Assembly: GCA_021613535.1 (NCBI GenBank)
Contig: CP075494.1
Coordinates: 1,364,001 to 1,428,000 of the forward strand
DNA: 64,000 nucleotides
Reading direction: 5' to 3'
Source of the DNA: Adineta vaga
Taxonomy: Eukaryota; Animalia; Rotifera
The notes below the pieces were generated by a model. That model was not told where the DNA came from and did not search any database. It worked only from the letters and a program-made list of their open reading frames with translations. Made by a program: the position numbers and the translations under genes. Each line of letters begins with the position of its first letter. The stretch's first letter is position 1. Positions 52,447 to 64,000 of the stretch are shown here, piece after piece.

Positions 52447-55189
52447 TAGAGTACTGCAGGGCAAGACATTCTGGCAACCTGTAACCTGCCCTTCTCTGAT
52501 TTCGGCAACCTCCAACCTGCCCTGCCCTGTGAATTTTTTGCGTACCCTGCCCTGCCCTGCAAAAATTTCCGTAACCTTTAACCTGCCCTGCCCTGCCCTG
52601 TTTCACATTATAAGAAAACCCAACACTTTCATACCAATTTCTTACACAATTTTATTCATCTATTTCAAATTATAAAGTAAATATAAACAAAAACAATATC
52701 ACATATCTCGAAAATTCCGAATCATTAACATATCGTCGACAACATTTGGACTTAATAATTGTCTTCGTTTTTCTAAAATCCTTCCAGACGAACTAAAAAT
52801 ACGCTCTGATGTTGCTGAACTTGCTGGAATTCCAAGTAAAGATTTTGCTAGTAAAGCAAGTTGCGGAAATATCAAAGAATGTTTTTTCCACCATTTTAAT
52901 AATGTATCATCTTTTGTAAATGAAGTTTTTGTTGAAAGATAACGATCTAGTTCGTCAGATTCATCATCTGAGTCTTCCTCGACATCTCCAGCAAATTCTA
53001 CCATAACATCATTTTCTACAATACGATTCTTTTTCATTTTTTTTGATCGTTTATTGGTGATTTTAGAGTTCATATCAGATGATAAAGATGAGTATTCTTC
53101 ACGAATATCAAGTGTTACTATTATTTTTCTAATATCAGCATAAGTTTCATTTCGATAATTATCATCTAATATCTAAAATAAAATGTCAAAGATATAAGAG
53201 TGGTGTAGCTCTAGAAACAAATCAGGTTACTTGAAGTTTTTTTGTTAAAGGATATAAACATGTAGCTATATAATGTAATGATGTTAAATGAATTTTCTCA
53301 TCCAACATCTTTGAAACAGCATTTTTAAGTTGAATTAATAATAAATGATCATCATCTTTAACCGTACAAGAACCTTTTAATTTCCAGAACCAAGGAACAA
53401 CTAGATGTAACGTTGGCGAAGAATCAGCGGATAATTGTTCACTTGCTACTTTGAATAATGATAAAAATTTCTCCAGTTCTATAACTAATTTTCGATTAAT
53501 ATTATGCAAATAATGTGTTTCATTTCGTTCCAATAAAAGATCTTCACAATTATTGAAGTTCAATGATATTGATTCAAGCATATCATGAATCGAGTTCCAA
53601 CGAGTTTCAACATTCAACTTAAGACTAGTTGATAATAATTGATTCATTTCACATCGTTTAAAATGGCTACACAACTCTTGACATGACTTAATTAACAATT
53701 CTAAGTTTGGACATAGTTTAACACCATTATGCAATGATAAGTTCAAGCAATGGCAGATACATCTAAGATGTACTTCTCCCTCTAAACAGAAAAAATATTA
53801 TGCAAAATGAATTCGCACGTATAAGTCACTCACTCAAACCACAAACAAGATTTGAACCATTATCCGTTATGTAGATTATATGATATTTGTCCGGGTCAAT
53901 ATCATAACCTGACAAAATAAAAAAGATTTTTTTCTTTGTATTATCACCTGTTTTTGATTGTTCAAATAAGCAAGTATGTAGCATATAAGTAATATTTTCC
54001 TCATCTCTACAGTAATGAATATTAATTGTTAAATAACTCTCACTTGTACCACTGTTTTTCCAATAATCGGTTGATATACCTATTAATTTCACACCTTGTA
54101 AATCAATCTTCAGGATATCTTTCAATTTTTTTCGATAATCTTCTGATATTCTAGAAACAGTACGAGAGATATTAGTTGGATCAGGTAATAATGATGTTGA
54201 TGTAGGTGCACCAAGTTTAGCAACACCATATTGATAGCCAAGATTAATTAAAGATTGACATAAATATGTAAAACCAGAACCTTTTACAATATTGAAAGAT
54301 CTCATATCAAATGAACAAAACTTTGCACAGGCTACTGTTATTGATCGTTTATCATCAGCTGATATACTAACTTCATTTGATTTATTTAAATATTTATCAA
54401 GAGTGTTATTGTTCTTTGGTTGATTTGATTTTTCAAGACAATTTTTAACATGATAACTAATGGTAGAAGTTCCATTAGAAATTGAATATGATAAAATGTC
54501 ATTGCATAATCGACATTGAACAAATGGTTGATATACATCACTGGAGGATTTAACACGTAATAAATGTTGCCAAAATGAACCATGTGATAAAGATGGTGGT
54601 TCTGCTTTAGCAATAAATTCACCATTCTTCAATTTCTCCATCACCTCTTTTTTTTTTCGTTCCATATCTTTTTTTAAATCTGACATAGATGATACTTCAA
54701 AAAGCAGAAAATCTAGATGATATTAATGACGATAATAAAAAGAATGTATACTATAACATTGATAATGCTAATAAAAAGACTAATATGATATTAATAATAA
54801 TAATAACATTTAAACGATCCAAATTTACAATGTTAATAATGATACTAGAAAAAAAAGATAATAGTAAAATTTAGAAAATTTAATATACATCTTTGTACCT
54901 ATATGTATATAAAGAATAAACTAAACTAAATTAGCGATATTTACATTCCTATTGGATATCTATGTGGATCAATTTGAATGGTTTCTGTTTAATTTTATTC
55001 TTTTCGTTCTGTATAATTTTACAAAAGATGTCAATAGTATTTGGTGTGTAAAATTTATCACAGGTTGAAGACAGGTTACGACATTCGTACCCTGCAACCT
55101 GCCCTGTATAAATTTTCATAACCTTGCCCTGTCCTGCCCTGGCCGGGCAGGGCAGGGCAGGGCAGGTTGGTTCGACCTGCAGTACTCTA
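52447..55189 (-). mobile_element. Full-length autonomous hAT transposon (Hermes/hobo-like), 2743 bp
   Basis: Perfect 14-bp TIR TAGAGTACTGCAGG / CCTGCAGTACTCTA. Perfect 8-bp TSD GTTCTATA (52439-52446 / 55190-55197). Subterminal CTGCC repeats at both ends. Confidence 0.97.
52699..54686 (-). CDS. hAT transposase, 3 exons, 625 aa, intact
   Basis: Exons 54686-53834, 53781-53231, 53172-52699 join in frame (1878 nt). BED-like CRLC, STDYWK, ITDNGSN, RCICHCLNL (CxxH), ETRWNS, IPASSATSERIFS. Confidence 0.95.
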
Positions 55190-56418
55190 GTTCTATATGA
55201 GTTTTTAGAACGTTCAACATGTAATAATAGAAAGAAATATGCACTGAATGAATCGAAAATTTTTTATAACAAGCCATTTCGACATGTATTGTATTATTCG
55301 CACTTTTTCGCTTACGAATGGGAATCATCTGCAGTGATACCTCCCGTTTTTATTCACTCATATCTCGTTTGATCAAGTATATTGAGGCAGTAAAAAGTCT
55401 GAAAAGATTTTTTCCTTATCATCTTCCTTCAAAATGTATAACTCTTGTGCTGTAACTTTAATTCGTTGCTATACATTATCCGACAAAAGTAAATCAATCG
55501 ATATCGGTCTGAAAATTTGCCCGAACATACGTCTTATGACCCTAAGATAATCCTGAAAATCTCAACTAAAAAAATGTGCATTTCAAAAGATAATTTATTT
55601 TTAAACAAACTCCGTTTTAAGTATCATATCTCTCTTCTAATGCACTTTTATCTTAAAAAATTATTTGAAACTATAATAATTATGATTATAGTAAGATATC
55701 TGGTTTATATTACATCATATTCGGTAAAAAGCATCTTAAGAATGTGAATATTCTCTTAATCTACATCTCTATTCTATTAGCACAGCCCATATGACTTTTA
55801 CCAGTGTTATAACGAACCCTAGGTTTTTGATGAAAAAAACAGTAAAACATATTTTTCTGAATTTATTCTATTTATCTGAGTTGCTTACATTGTTCGAAAT
55901 GCTCTCTTGTGGTATTGTCGATGTATTGATATCAGGCTGGGTATCACTTCCGCTTTTTGGAATAGAACCTTCGTCGTGATCAGTAGAAGAAGGTGTGCTC
56001 CCTAAAAATGCAGAGTTATTGTTTAATATGAGTTAATAGAGCAAAACTGTTTCACCTTTGAGAAGCGGAAGTGTGTCTGAGTTTAATGAGAGGTTTTGTA
56101 CTTCTTTATTGATATTTGTTACTGATAATTCATTTTGTTGTTCATTCGAGGACGCCATGAAATCAAGTTTATCTGTAAAGAAAAATTTCAACGATTGGAC
56201 CACTCTTCATATACTCAACATATCAAGAAATTAAAAGAGAAAACATCGAATACAGAGCCAGATAACGATATACGGTTTAGAGGCCAAATAATGAGTAAAA
56301 TATTTGCTCTGCTGTTATCTAATAAGGTTACTTAACTTTAACTGATGATAATAGAGAGTCGAGTAGATGAACCTTAGATTTATCCACTGACTTAGAAATA
56401 AGAGAGCGCTAGTATATA

Positions 56419-56458
56419 TTGAGGGTGTGGGTCTCTTGTATTCACACTCACACTCTAA
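56419..56458. repeat. Minimal inverted telomere-like hexamer element
   Basis: TTGAGGGTGTGGGT-CTCTTGTATT-CACACTCACACTCTAA. Confidence 0.7.
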
Positions 56459-59024
56459 AATAAAGTATCGATTTCTCGATTTGAATTAACATCTACGAGA
56501 CACCAATAATGATGATACTTGTCTGTCAACATAATTTCTGATTATAAATACATTCTGCGGCTCATTAACAGATCACTTACACTTAATCGAAAATCAAGTA
56601 AAAACCACCCTAATTCGGGAATGAAAATGAGAGACACTAAATCTTTCCACAGCATTTATAATTCATCGAGCTCTACCTGTTGCAAACCAAATACAACCTA
56701 AATTGCTCAGACGCCTAAATATACGCTCACACGAAGAGATCTAATGTAGGTTTGAGAAGAGATTCCACTAATGAGACAGCGTTTAACTACTTACAATTAG
56801 ACAGGCATTAGAAAGTCGAGACTAGAGTAGAATCAACAAAAAAATACATATATAAAATACTCGATGATTCATCAAGATGCTCTTGTAACATTTAATGTCC
56901 ATTTGAGTTTAGACACTGAATAGTATCAATATCAGTTTTTTTTTCAATTAAACTCAGTAACAAGTAAGACCGAATTTCATAGTGATTTATGTACAAAGAC
57001 CTTACTTATATTTTACTGTCATGAGTAAAAAAATGTCATTCAGAGATACATTCTAGAGTCAAAAATTCTTTGAAGAATGCCGGTACAAATAACAAGATGT
57101 CAAAACTTTTGAAAAATTTTCTGAAAATAAAATTCTGACAATGTTATCCGTATCATGAATCATTTTCAATATGAAATGGTAGCTACATGTGACATCAATG
57201 CGATTTGCCTCATTCGATTCGAATGTATATTTTGCTCCACCATCAATTGATTGTCCCAATTTCATATAGTACTAGGCCTGATAGAATCTCAATCAGGACT
57301 AATTACTAGTCAATCGAAATAAGATAAGATTACACAGTTTATCTACCTGGGACTAACGAAGAAAACTGATGTTTCAGCTAGCGAAGTATCGGTTAAGTAT
57401 GACACTCCTGAAGTCGCGCTGTTCCCTTAATCTCGAGCAGAGCTAAACGATTCACGATAAAGATAAAAGTTCACAAACTATTTTATAACAATTATGTAAA
57501 GAAAGTTTACCCTTCAATCTTACCTTTTTATCGTGTTTGATAGATTTTTTTGAAACTAAAACTATATATACGTTAGATTTAATAGGTGTAGCGGATGTCA
57601 TTTTTATGTTTATTATTCTGACTGTAATTCGTTGAATACAAGAATATTCAATGAAGTTTTGAATATTCTTTTTCAAATACATATGCACCTCTTGCATCTA
57701 ATGTTTTCTTAGATGTTTTATGTAAGAAATTATTTTGATGATCATATTCTTGTTGACTGTCAAGCAGAACTGAAGAGAAAAATATGAAGTTATTCGTTGC
57801 TAGTCCCCAACAGTAGAAAGAGAATGAGAAAAAAAACAATCAGTTTTTCCTTTTAAAATATCGTCTCTTTACGGTGTTGGACGATTTTTTGGCGTCAGAT
57901 TGATATTATTTGCGTTAGAAAATTGTGAGAGCATTAAAAAATAGAGGACAAAAGTATAGGCATAAGGAAACAATTACGATCGAAGAATATAAAAGAAAGA
58001 AATATTTCACTGGGTTTTTTCCATTCTGTTCCGAACAGTAACGATTATCGAACAACTATAACAACCGCATGGAAAAAGATTTTTCTCAACTAAAAATGAA
58101 GTTATATATAAGATGTAGCGTACACAAAGATGATATATCAAACTGAAGTTGGTTGTCAGTGAAAATAGACCTTCTTCAATTACACCACTATTAACAACCA
58201 CCTCGAAAATGGTACATATTCTGATCGTCTATAGCAAATATCATAACAATAGTTTATTAAACTATGAATAAATCGAATAAATAAATAAACCTATGAAAAA
58301 TAAAACAGATTCTTATCACACAGTAAACAGTCAAGAAGTAGATTCATTTTGACAGAGGAGATGGAATAAAATATCCTTGATACGTTGTCATCGATACGAA
58401 CGTAATTAAGTATGTTCACAATCACAAATAGTCATTTAATCAATTGCTTCTATGCTCAGTTGTGCTGCTCTTATTTCTTCCAAACGTATACTATGTGTCA
58501 TTCTCAAAGTAGCAAGAGTTGCATAACCATAGTTGCTCTGGATATGAGATATGAAAATGAACATTCTGGAACAAAACTAGTTCATTTCCTATAAGATTTC
58601 GTTCTCGAAAAGAAAGAAAAAGATCGATGCGTTGACAATTCGGTATTTGATTTTGCATATATTGAATACATATATTTCTATCAGTGAAATGTCGAACACG
58701 ACGCCCAAGATTACTCTAACTAAGTGGGTGTCGATGGGTTGAGTCAAGAAGAACAGCAAGTTGATTATTCATGTACGAAGATATCTACAAATAAAGAAAA
58801 ACAAAAGAACTCTTCAAAGTATTGATTACTGATTACAGTCCGTATTTTTCATTCTAAATTCATTAATAAATTGACAGCGATGGAAAATATATTTTTTCGT
58901 AAGTTCGGATGCGCTTTAGAAATTATCGGATTATCGAAAAAAGGATATAAAATTTAAATGTCTTTTCCATCAGTCGCAATCGTTGACTTTCTGTTCAGCG
59001 AAATTATTCAATCCATTTAAGATT

Positions 59025-59591
59025 TCAATACATTGATCGTAGTTCTTGTTTTTTTTTCCTAGCATGTTGATCACCCCGGATTCGACTTTGCATTGTCATA
59101 TCGATTGCTATGTGTACACTTAATTCTTCAAGATTATCCGACATATAACAAATAGAATAATATTTGGTGAAGAACTTTTCTGTTTCATGTTGAGTCGTCG
59201 GCTGTGATCCAAACAGATAAATCGATGGAGGTTGATTACGTGAACATAATTTTTCCAAAAACGATTGATCAGTCTTAGTTTTAAATGAGGAAACGATGAC
59301 TGATAAATCAGTGCGATCTAGTACCCATTGATAATCCTGTTGTTCTTGTATAATCATCAAATTTGTACCAATAACTTGTTTAAGAATTCCAGAAATGTTC
59401 TCAAATGTTTCTTTCGAAAATGACGACTTCAGGAGCATAACGTTCATATTGAAATTATCCGTGCGTTCGAATGAAGAAATGTCGTTTTCATTATCCACCA
59501 CAATACTCCGAACAAAAGGAGATATTTCAATTGAATTTAGACTATGTACAGCATCATTTTCATAGCTTAATTTCACAAAACTGGTAGACAT
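59025..59591 (-). CDS. Hypothetical protein (188 aa), possibly C-terminally frameshifted
   Basis: ATG-initiated ORF with a globular alpha/beta pattern and TATA-like TATATAAA ~65 bp upstream. It ends shortly after an A8 run. No family recognised. Confidence 0.55.
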   Translation of the reverse strand: MSTSFVKLSYENDAVHSLNSIEISPFVRSIVVDNENDISSFERTDNFNMNVMLLKSSFSKETFENISGILKQVIGTNLMIIQEQQDYQWVLDRTDLSVIVSSFKTKTDQSFLEKLCSRNQPPSIYLFGSQPTTQHETEKFFTKYYSICYMSDNLEELSVHIAIDMTMQSRIRGDQHARKKKQELRSMY

Positions 59592-60909
59592 AATGTATAT
59601 ATTACTTATTACAAGTGAAAAAGTGATTCTATTTTATCGATTCAATTTAGCGTATTTATATAGCGAGAGAAGTGTCAACATTCCAGAATCATAATTCTGG
59701 AAGATCTAACAAATAATTATTTTTTTCCTCGTAAGTAATCACCATCATTTATTTACTTTTTATTATCACAAGTAGCATGAAATGCGTTTCCGTCAATAAA
59801 CGGTTCAATTCTACAGACATAAAAATGAATCAACGATACATCGAAGAGAAACAGGGGTGAGATGTGGATTAAAGTAAAACACACCCACACCCTGTCTTTT
59901 CTATGTTACAAAACTATATGATGTACTTTTGTTTTTCAGGGTTATCTAAAAGCTATATTGTTTTAGTTTGGTGACTAAAACTATGCAGTGGCTGAATTTT
60001 CTGAAATTTAAGTCTGTTTCTGGTTTTGACACTTCTTCTCTGATTTGAACATTTTCTTGTAAAATCTTTTTATCCAAAGATTATGTTTGTAGATTGTTTT
60101 CGTGAACGATCTTTAACTTCTGTGTAAACGTTTGACTTCACAAGTATTTTCTATTACCTATTGGCATGGTTGATTCTAATGTCTTCCATTGTATTGAAAT
60201 AAAATATCCTGAAAGAATTGATACATGAATGAACAGTATATCAGAGATAAAATAAATTGAGAAAATTACCTATTTGATCTGGTCATTCTGATGATATGGT
60301 TAAGAATTTATACAATGATTACAGTCATGATTTTTTCATCTATGATGAACATCAATATTTTTCATTGGACTAAAATATTGAAAAGAGATCAAAATTGAAC
60401 TTGTTATTCTAAACATTATGTTGTGGTTTCGTAGAAAACCAATATTATATTAAAGATAAATATTCAAGGTCTTCTAGAATTTTCTATTGACTATACTTTC
60501 AAAAATGATGTTTTGCTAGAAATCAATGTTTTTAATTAACAAAATTTTGAATTGATAAATATAAAAGTCATAATTTGAGTTACGTGAGGATATAATGGAT
60601 GGCACGTGAAATAATATGACTTCATCGTGTATTTTACAACATTGTGATGAAATTTTTCGATATTGATTTTTTTAACTGATGATTTATTTTTGTTATTTGT
60701 AATGATATGTAACTGAAATATTCTTCTCTTGTTTGCTTACTTTTTGCAAAATATAGAAATTTGAATATATAGAATAATAGTCACTCTTTTTTTTATAGCA
60801 AAAACAAAAATAATAGAAGCTGATGAATATGTTAAATTAATGAATAAAGAAATAATAAAAAGAAGCGTTACAATATATATATAAAGCATTATTTGATTGT
60901 CTGTTCATA

Positions 60910-62772
60910 TTAATCAACTTTTGATAGACTTGCAGGAAGTTCACTGATGATAGATATGGTAAATGAACCGGTCATTTCTACTTCTTCAGTTGAAATTACC
61001 AAAAAATAATCGGTCATTGACTGTAATAATCCTTTCCACAGAAATTGATGACCTCTATGTAATCCTCGATAACCTGCGCCTCCACGTATAGGGTATTGTG
61101 ATAACTGAGGATCAAAAGGAACATCGTATAGATCACCCTTGATGAGGATAGTACTATTAGAACAAATAGCGTAATAATCAGTTTTTGAAACATTTACTTG
61201 AATAATTTCATAATAGTAAACTGAATTTGGATATGGACGTTGGTAAAGCAAGAATTTACTCTCGTTAGTCAATGATGATGTATATTCTACTTGTGGTAAA
61301 CTTGTCATGCTCAAAGTTTCTATTCAAATACAAAAACGTATATATTAATCATTGAATGATCTTATATAAGATTTTTTTCTGAAACTCAATGTCAAGTGAC
61401 ACTGATGAGAACTGGTTTTGAACTTAGTTTACCTGTTATATTAATGGGAAATAAACTGATGACTCCAGATCCTGTGATATTGATTGCAAATTCATCGAAT
61501 TCTATGTGTGTTGAGTTATATACAACTAAGTCGTATATTTTCATAGCTTCCAACATAATGCAATTGGTAGAGAAAGAATAAGACTAATTGAAAAATAAGA
61601 AGAGAATATGGATAGAAAATTATCATTACCACCATATTATTTTCTGGATAGAAAGGACGAAATGTTCCATCGTATAAACGACTATGAGCAAAAGTAGAAC
61701 TTTTCAATGCAATTTCATATTTGGTTGTTACTGATACATTAAGTTGAAAAGCTTTATAATAGTGATATAAATATAGATTTGGACAAGGTGACCATATACA
61801 AAATGAAGGACTTTGTGGAGTTAAAGTTGATTGTTCATATACATGATAGTTCGGGAGATCATCTAATGAAAATAATAACACAATTGCTATGTTAATTATG
61901 TAATAAATATATTTCCGATCTTCTAACCTGTTATCTTTACCGACTTTAACTTAATAAGATCTGGACCAGTTACATTAACTGACATGATCAAGGGGGGTTG
62001 ATCATATAAAGGTGCCATTACTAGAGTGTAGTTTGTCATGGTGTATAACAGTAATATTATATTCTGATTTACTGAGTGCTCTGTATTCTCGTTTGTTACT
62101 ATTAAATTGGTATATCGAAAAGCAGGATGAAAACTAGTATTGTAGAGATAATAAGTTATAGTTCCTCTGGTTGAAGTTTGAAAACTAAAATTATAATCTG
62201 CAGTTGTTAAAACATTGAATTCCAAAGCTTCATAATAGTTAGGATATTGAAGACATGGACGTATAGCATTAAATTTATTACTATTTGTCGTCAATACGTA
62301 CGAATGATGAGATGATTTTTGACTTGAAATAACTAATCAAGAAATAGAAAAGATATTTCGTCACATTTTTTATTCCTAATTGGTTGTTTAGATGATTTAC
62401 TGATTATCGATTGCATAGTTGTCTCATTTGTCATGATGCTGCTGCTACCAGTGCTTGTTGAACTGTCTATAAAATAACAATCAGAAGATTTTGTTTTCTT
62501 CAGAATTTCATTTTCAGTTTGTATATTTACTTATTGTCGTTCTTGTCACCGAATCAATAGTAGATGTAAAAGATACATTTTTTGACTTTGTGATCGTATC
62601 TGATCATATCAAATAAAATAAAATTTTCTTTGTCAAAATATACGCAATCATCACCTGTTGATTGACTTTGATTGCTTTTCTTTCGAAGAGAGACAAGAGT
62701 TGCTACAGTAATAACTATTACCACCACTGTAAATACTAGGAATACAATACCAAACTTTAGATATGGATTCAT
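60910..62772 (-). CDS. Type II membrane protein: N-terminal TM, Thr/Ser stalk, three repeated beta-sandwich-like modules (multi-exon)
   Basis: TM FGIVFLVFTVVVIVITVATLV. Recurring module LT..S..F...YYEA/I..NV..T..Y.....S......LY...F.P in ORFs 61923..62294, 61516..61881 and 60910..61314, with GT-AG junctions. Confidence 0.7.
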
Positions 62773-63246
62773 TGATTGTGTAAAGTCACAGATCTGTTAC
62801 AAATAGAATAAAATATATAAATTTTGATTAAATGAAATAAATTATACTTTTATTTCCAAGAAAAATACTAATATATCATGGTTTTAATAAGTTTTTTTTA
62901 TAATATACGTTTAAGATTTTCTCGAATATTCTATTGACAATTGCTAAAGATCAAATATTGTTAACACGATGTAGAAGTAATAAATCATAATATTCTTTAA
63001 AAAAAGCCTCCAGCATTCTTTCTTCAGATCTCACACCTCTCTTATGGTTATTTTTATTTTAAATCACTCATATATCCAAATGCTTAAAGTAATTTAGATA
63101 ATCTCTCATTTGGATTAATAAATGTGCTGGAGCATTCGACAGTGTTTTTAATTAAAATACCGGTAATATTGTGTTTTTAATAAAAAATATACCACGCTTA
63201 ATGAAAAGCTTAAAATCGTGGATTTTGATTTCCTTATTTCGAACAT

Positions 63247-63324
63247 CTCTCATGAAGTCGGAACGTGCAACCTCTACGTGGTATGAGAGAGAAACTTAAA
63301 GATATCTTTAAGGCTAATGCGCGT
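63247..63324 (+). ncRNA. HDV-like self-cleaving ribozyme
   Basis: P1 CUCUCAU(63247-53)/AUGAGAG(63283-89). P2 ACGUGCA(63263-69)/UGCGCGU(63318-24). P3 ACC/GGU. L3 UCUACGU. P1.1 CU/AG(63290-91). P4 CUUAAAGAUAUCUUUAAG. J4/2 G-C(63314)-U-A-A. Confidence 0.88.
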
Positions 63325-63707
63325 ACGCAGAAACTATCGGGCAGCAGCGATAGTGAATCGCAACGAAGTAATTCGGACTGCGCTGAAGAAGGAAATGGTA
63401 AACCACTTCAGTATACCTACCAAGAAAATTCAATGAACAGACAATCAACGACGTTTCAAGTTATGGTGCTGGAAGATGAGACCCTCAGGTTGAAAGGCAT
63501 CGAAAGTATGACTGGGGAAGAGCCAAGGTCGAGTACAATTAGTACTGTAAATAATGACGCTATTGAATCAAAACCGAAAGGAAGTTCAATCACTGAGCAA
63601 TACAGATACAAGCGGAAAGACCAAAGCTTTTTAAAAACACACTAAATTGACACATGGAATGTAAGAAGCATGAATCAAGGCAAGCTCGAAATAGTCAAAT
63701 CAGAAAT
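63247..63707 (+). mobile_element. RTE-clade (BovB-like) LINE, 5' end, interrupted by a hAT insertion
   Basis: After in-frame TAA 63643-45 the frame reads IDTWNVRSMNQGKLEIVKSE, the start of the RTE AP endonuclease. The upstream GAAGGAAATGGTAAACCACTTCAGTAT and DETLRLKG...TGEE resemble RTE/BovB 5' regions. Confidence 0.88.
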
Positions 63708-64000
63708 CAGACATGGGCAAGTCATCGGGTTTTTGACCCAAGTCAAGTCGAGTCGAGTCATAGTCTGTTTCTAAAAATTTCAATTCAAGTCAAGTCAAAT
63801 CATATCTGAAAATCGTCAAGTCGAAGTTAAAATTCAAGTCAAGTCAAGTCATTTGTTGACTTGAAATAAATCGAACCGAATTTAAGTCAAGTGAAGCAGA
63901 TTTTTCGCTAAATTTCATCAATCTCATTTATTTTTGAAAAGATCAATATGGTACTTTCATTCTATATGAAAAGAAGTAAATTTTCAACACGATTATAGGC
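63708..64000. mobile_element. Left end of a hAT-like DNA transposon running off the window
   Basis: Abrupt start CAGACATGGGCAAGTC inside the RTE ORF, followed by many subterminal AAGTC/GAGTC repeats (63718-63890). Confidence 0.7.

Noticed and set aside
55880-56240. Ser/Thr/Asn-rich exon-like segment on the minus strand
   Set aside because: Contains an in-frame stop, has no recognisable domain and could not be assembled into a gene.
1-64000. Prokaryotic origin of the whole window (operons, CRISPR, rRNA/tRNA)
   Set aside because: Spliceosomal introns, GPCRs and eukaryotic transposons occur throughout. No rRNA, tRNA or CRISPR array was recognised.

Overview
AT-rich eukaryotic genomic DNA with short (~50-60 bp) GT-AG introns. 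The gene content (rhodopsin-type GPCRs, FG-GAP and NHL repeat proteins, a large Cys-rich multi-TM family, intronless foreign-looking enzymes) and the TGTGGG/TGAGGG motifs suggest a bdelloid rotifer (inference). The window holds about 15 host genes or pseudogenes and many DNA transposons: an apparently intact CACTA/CMC element nested in a decayed Sola2-like element, an intact hAT, two partial hATs, two MITEs and a 5' RTE LINE fragment. Three observations stand out. (1) A very AT-rich, intronless, decayed four-domain fusion gene at 18298-21219 (-): CDP-alcohol phosphatidyltransferase + TIGR04282/DUF2064 + TIGR04283 glycosyltransferases + FkbM methyltransferase, a candidate single-polypeptide arsenosugar-lipid or glycolipid pathway of foreign origin. 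(2) About 22 dispersed elements built from inward-facing telomere-like hexamers, one of them exactly at a transposase breakpoint. (3) A complete HDV-like ribozyme fold at the 5' end of the RTE element (63247-63324). All family assignments come from manual motif recognition, not database searches.
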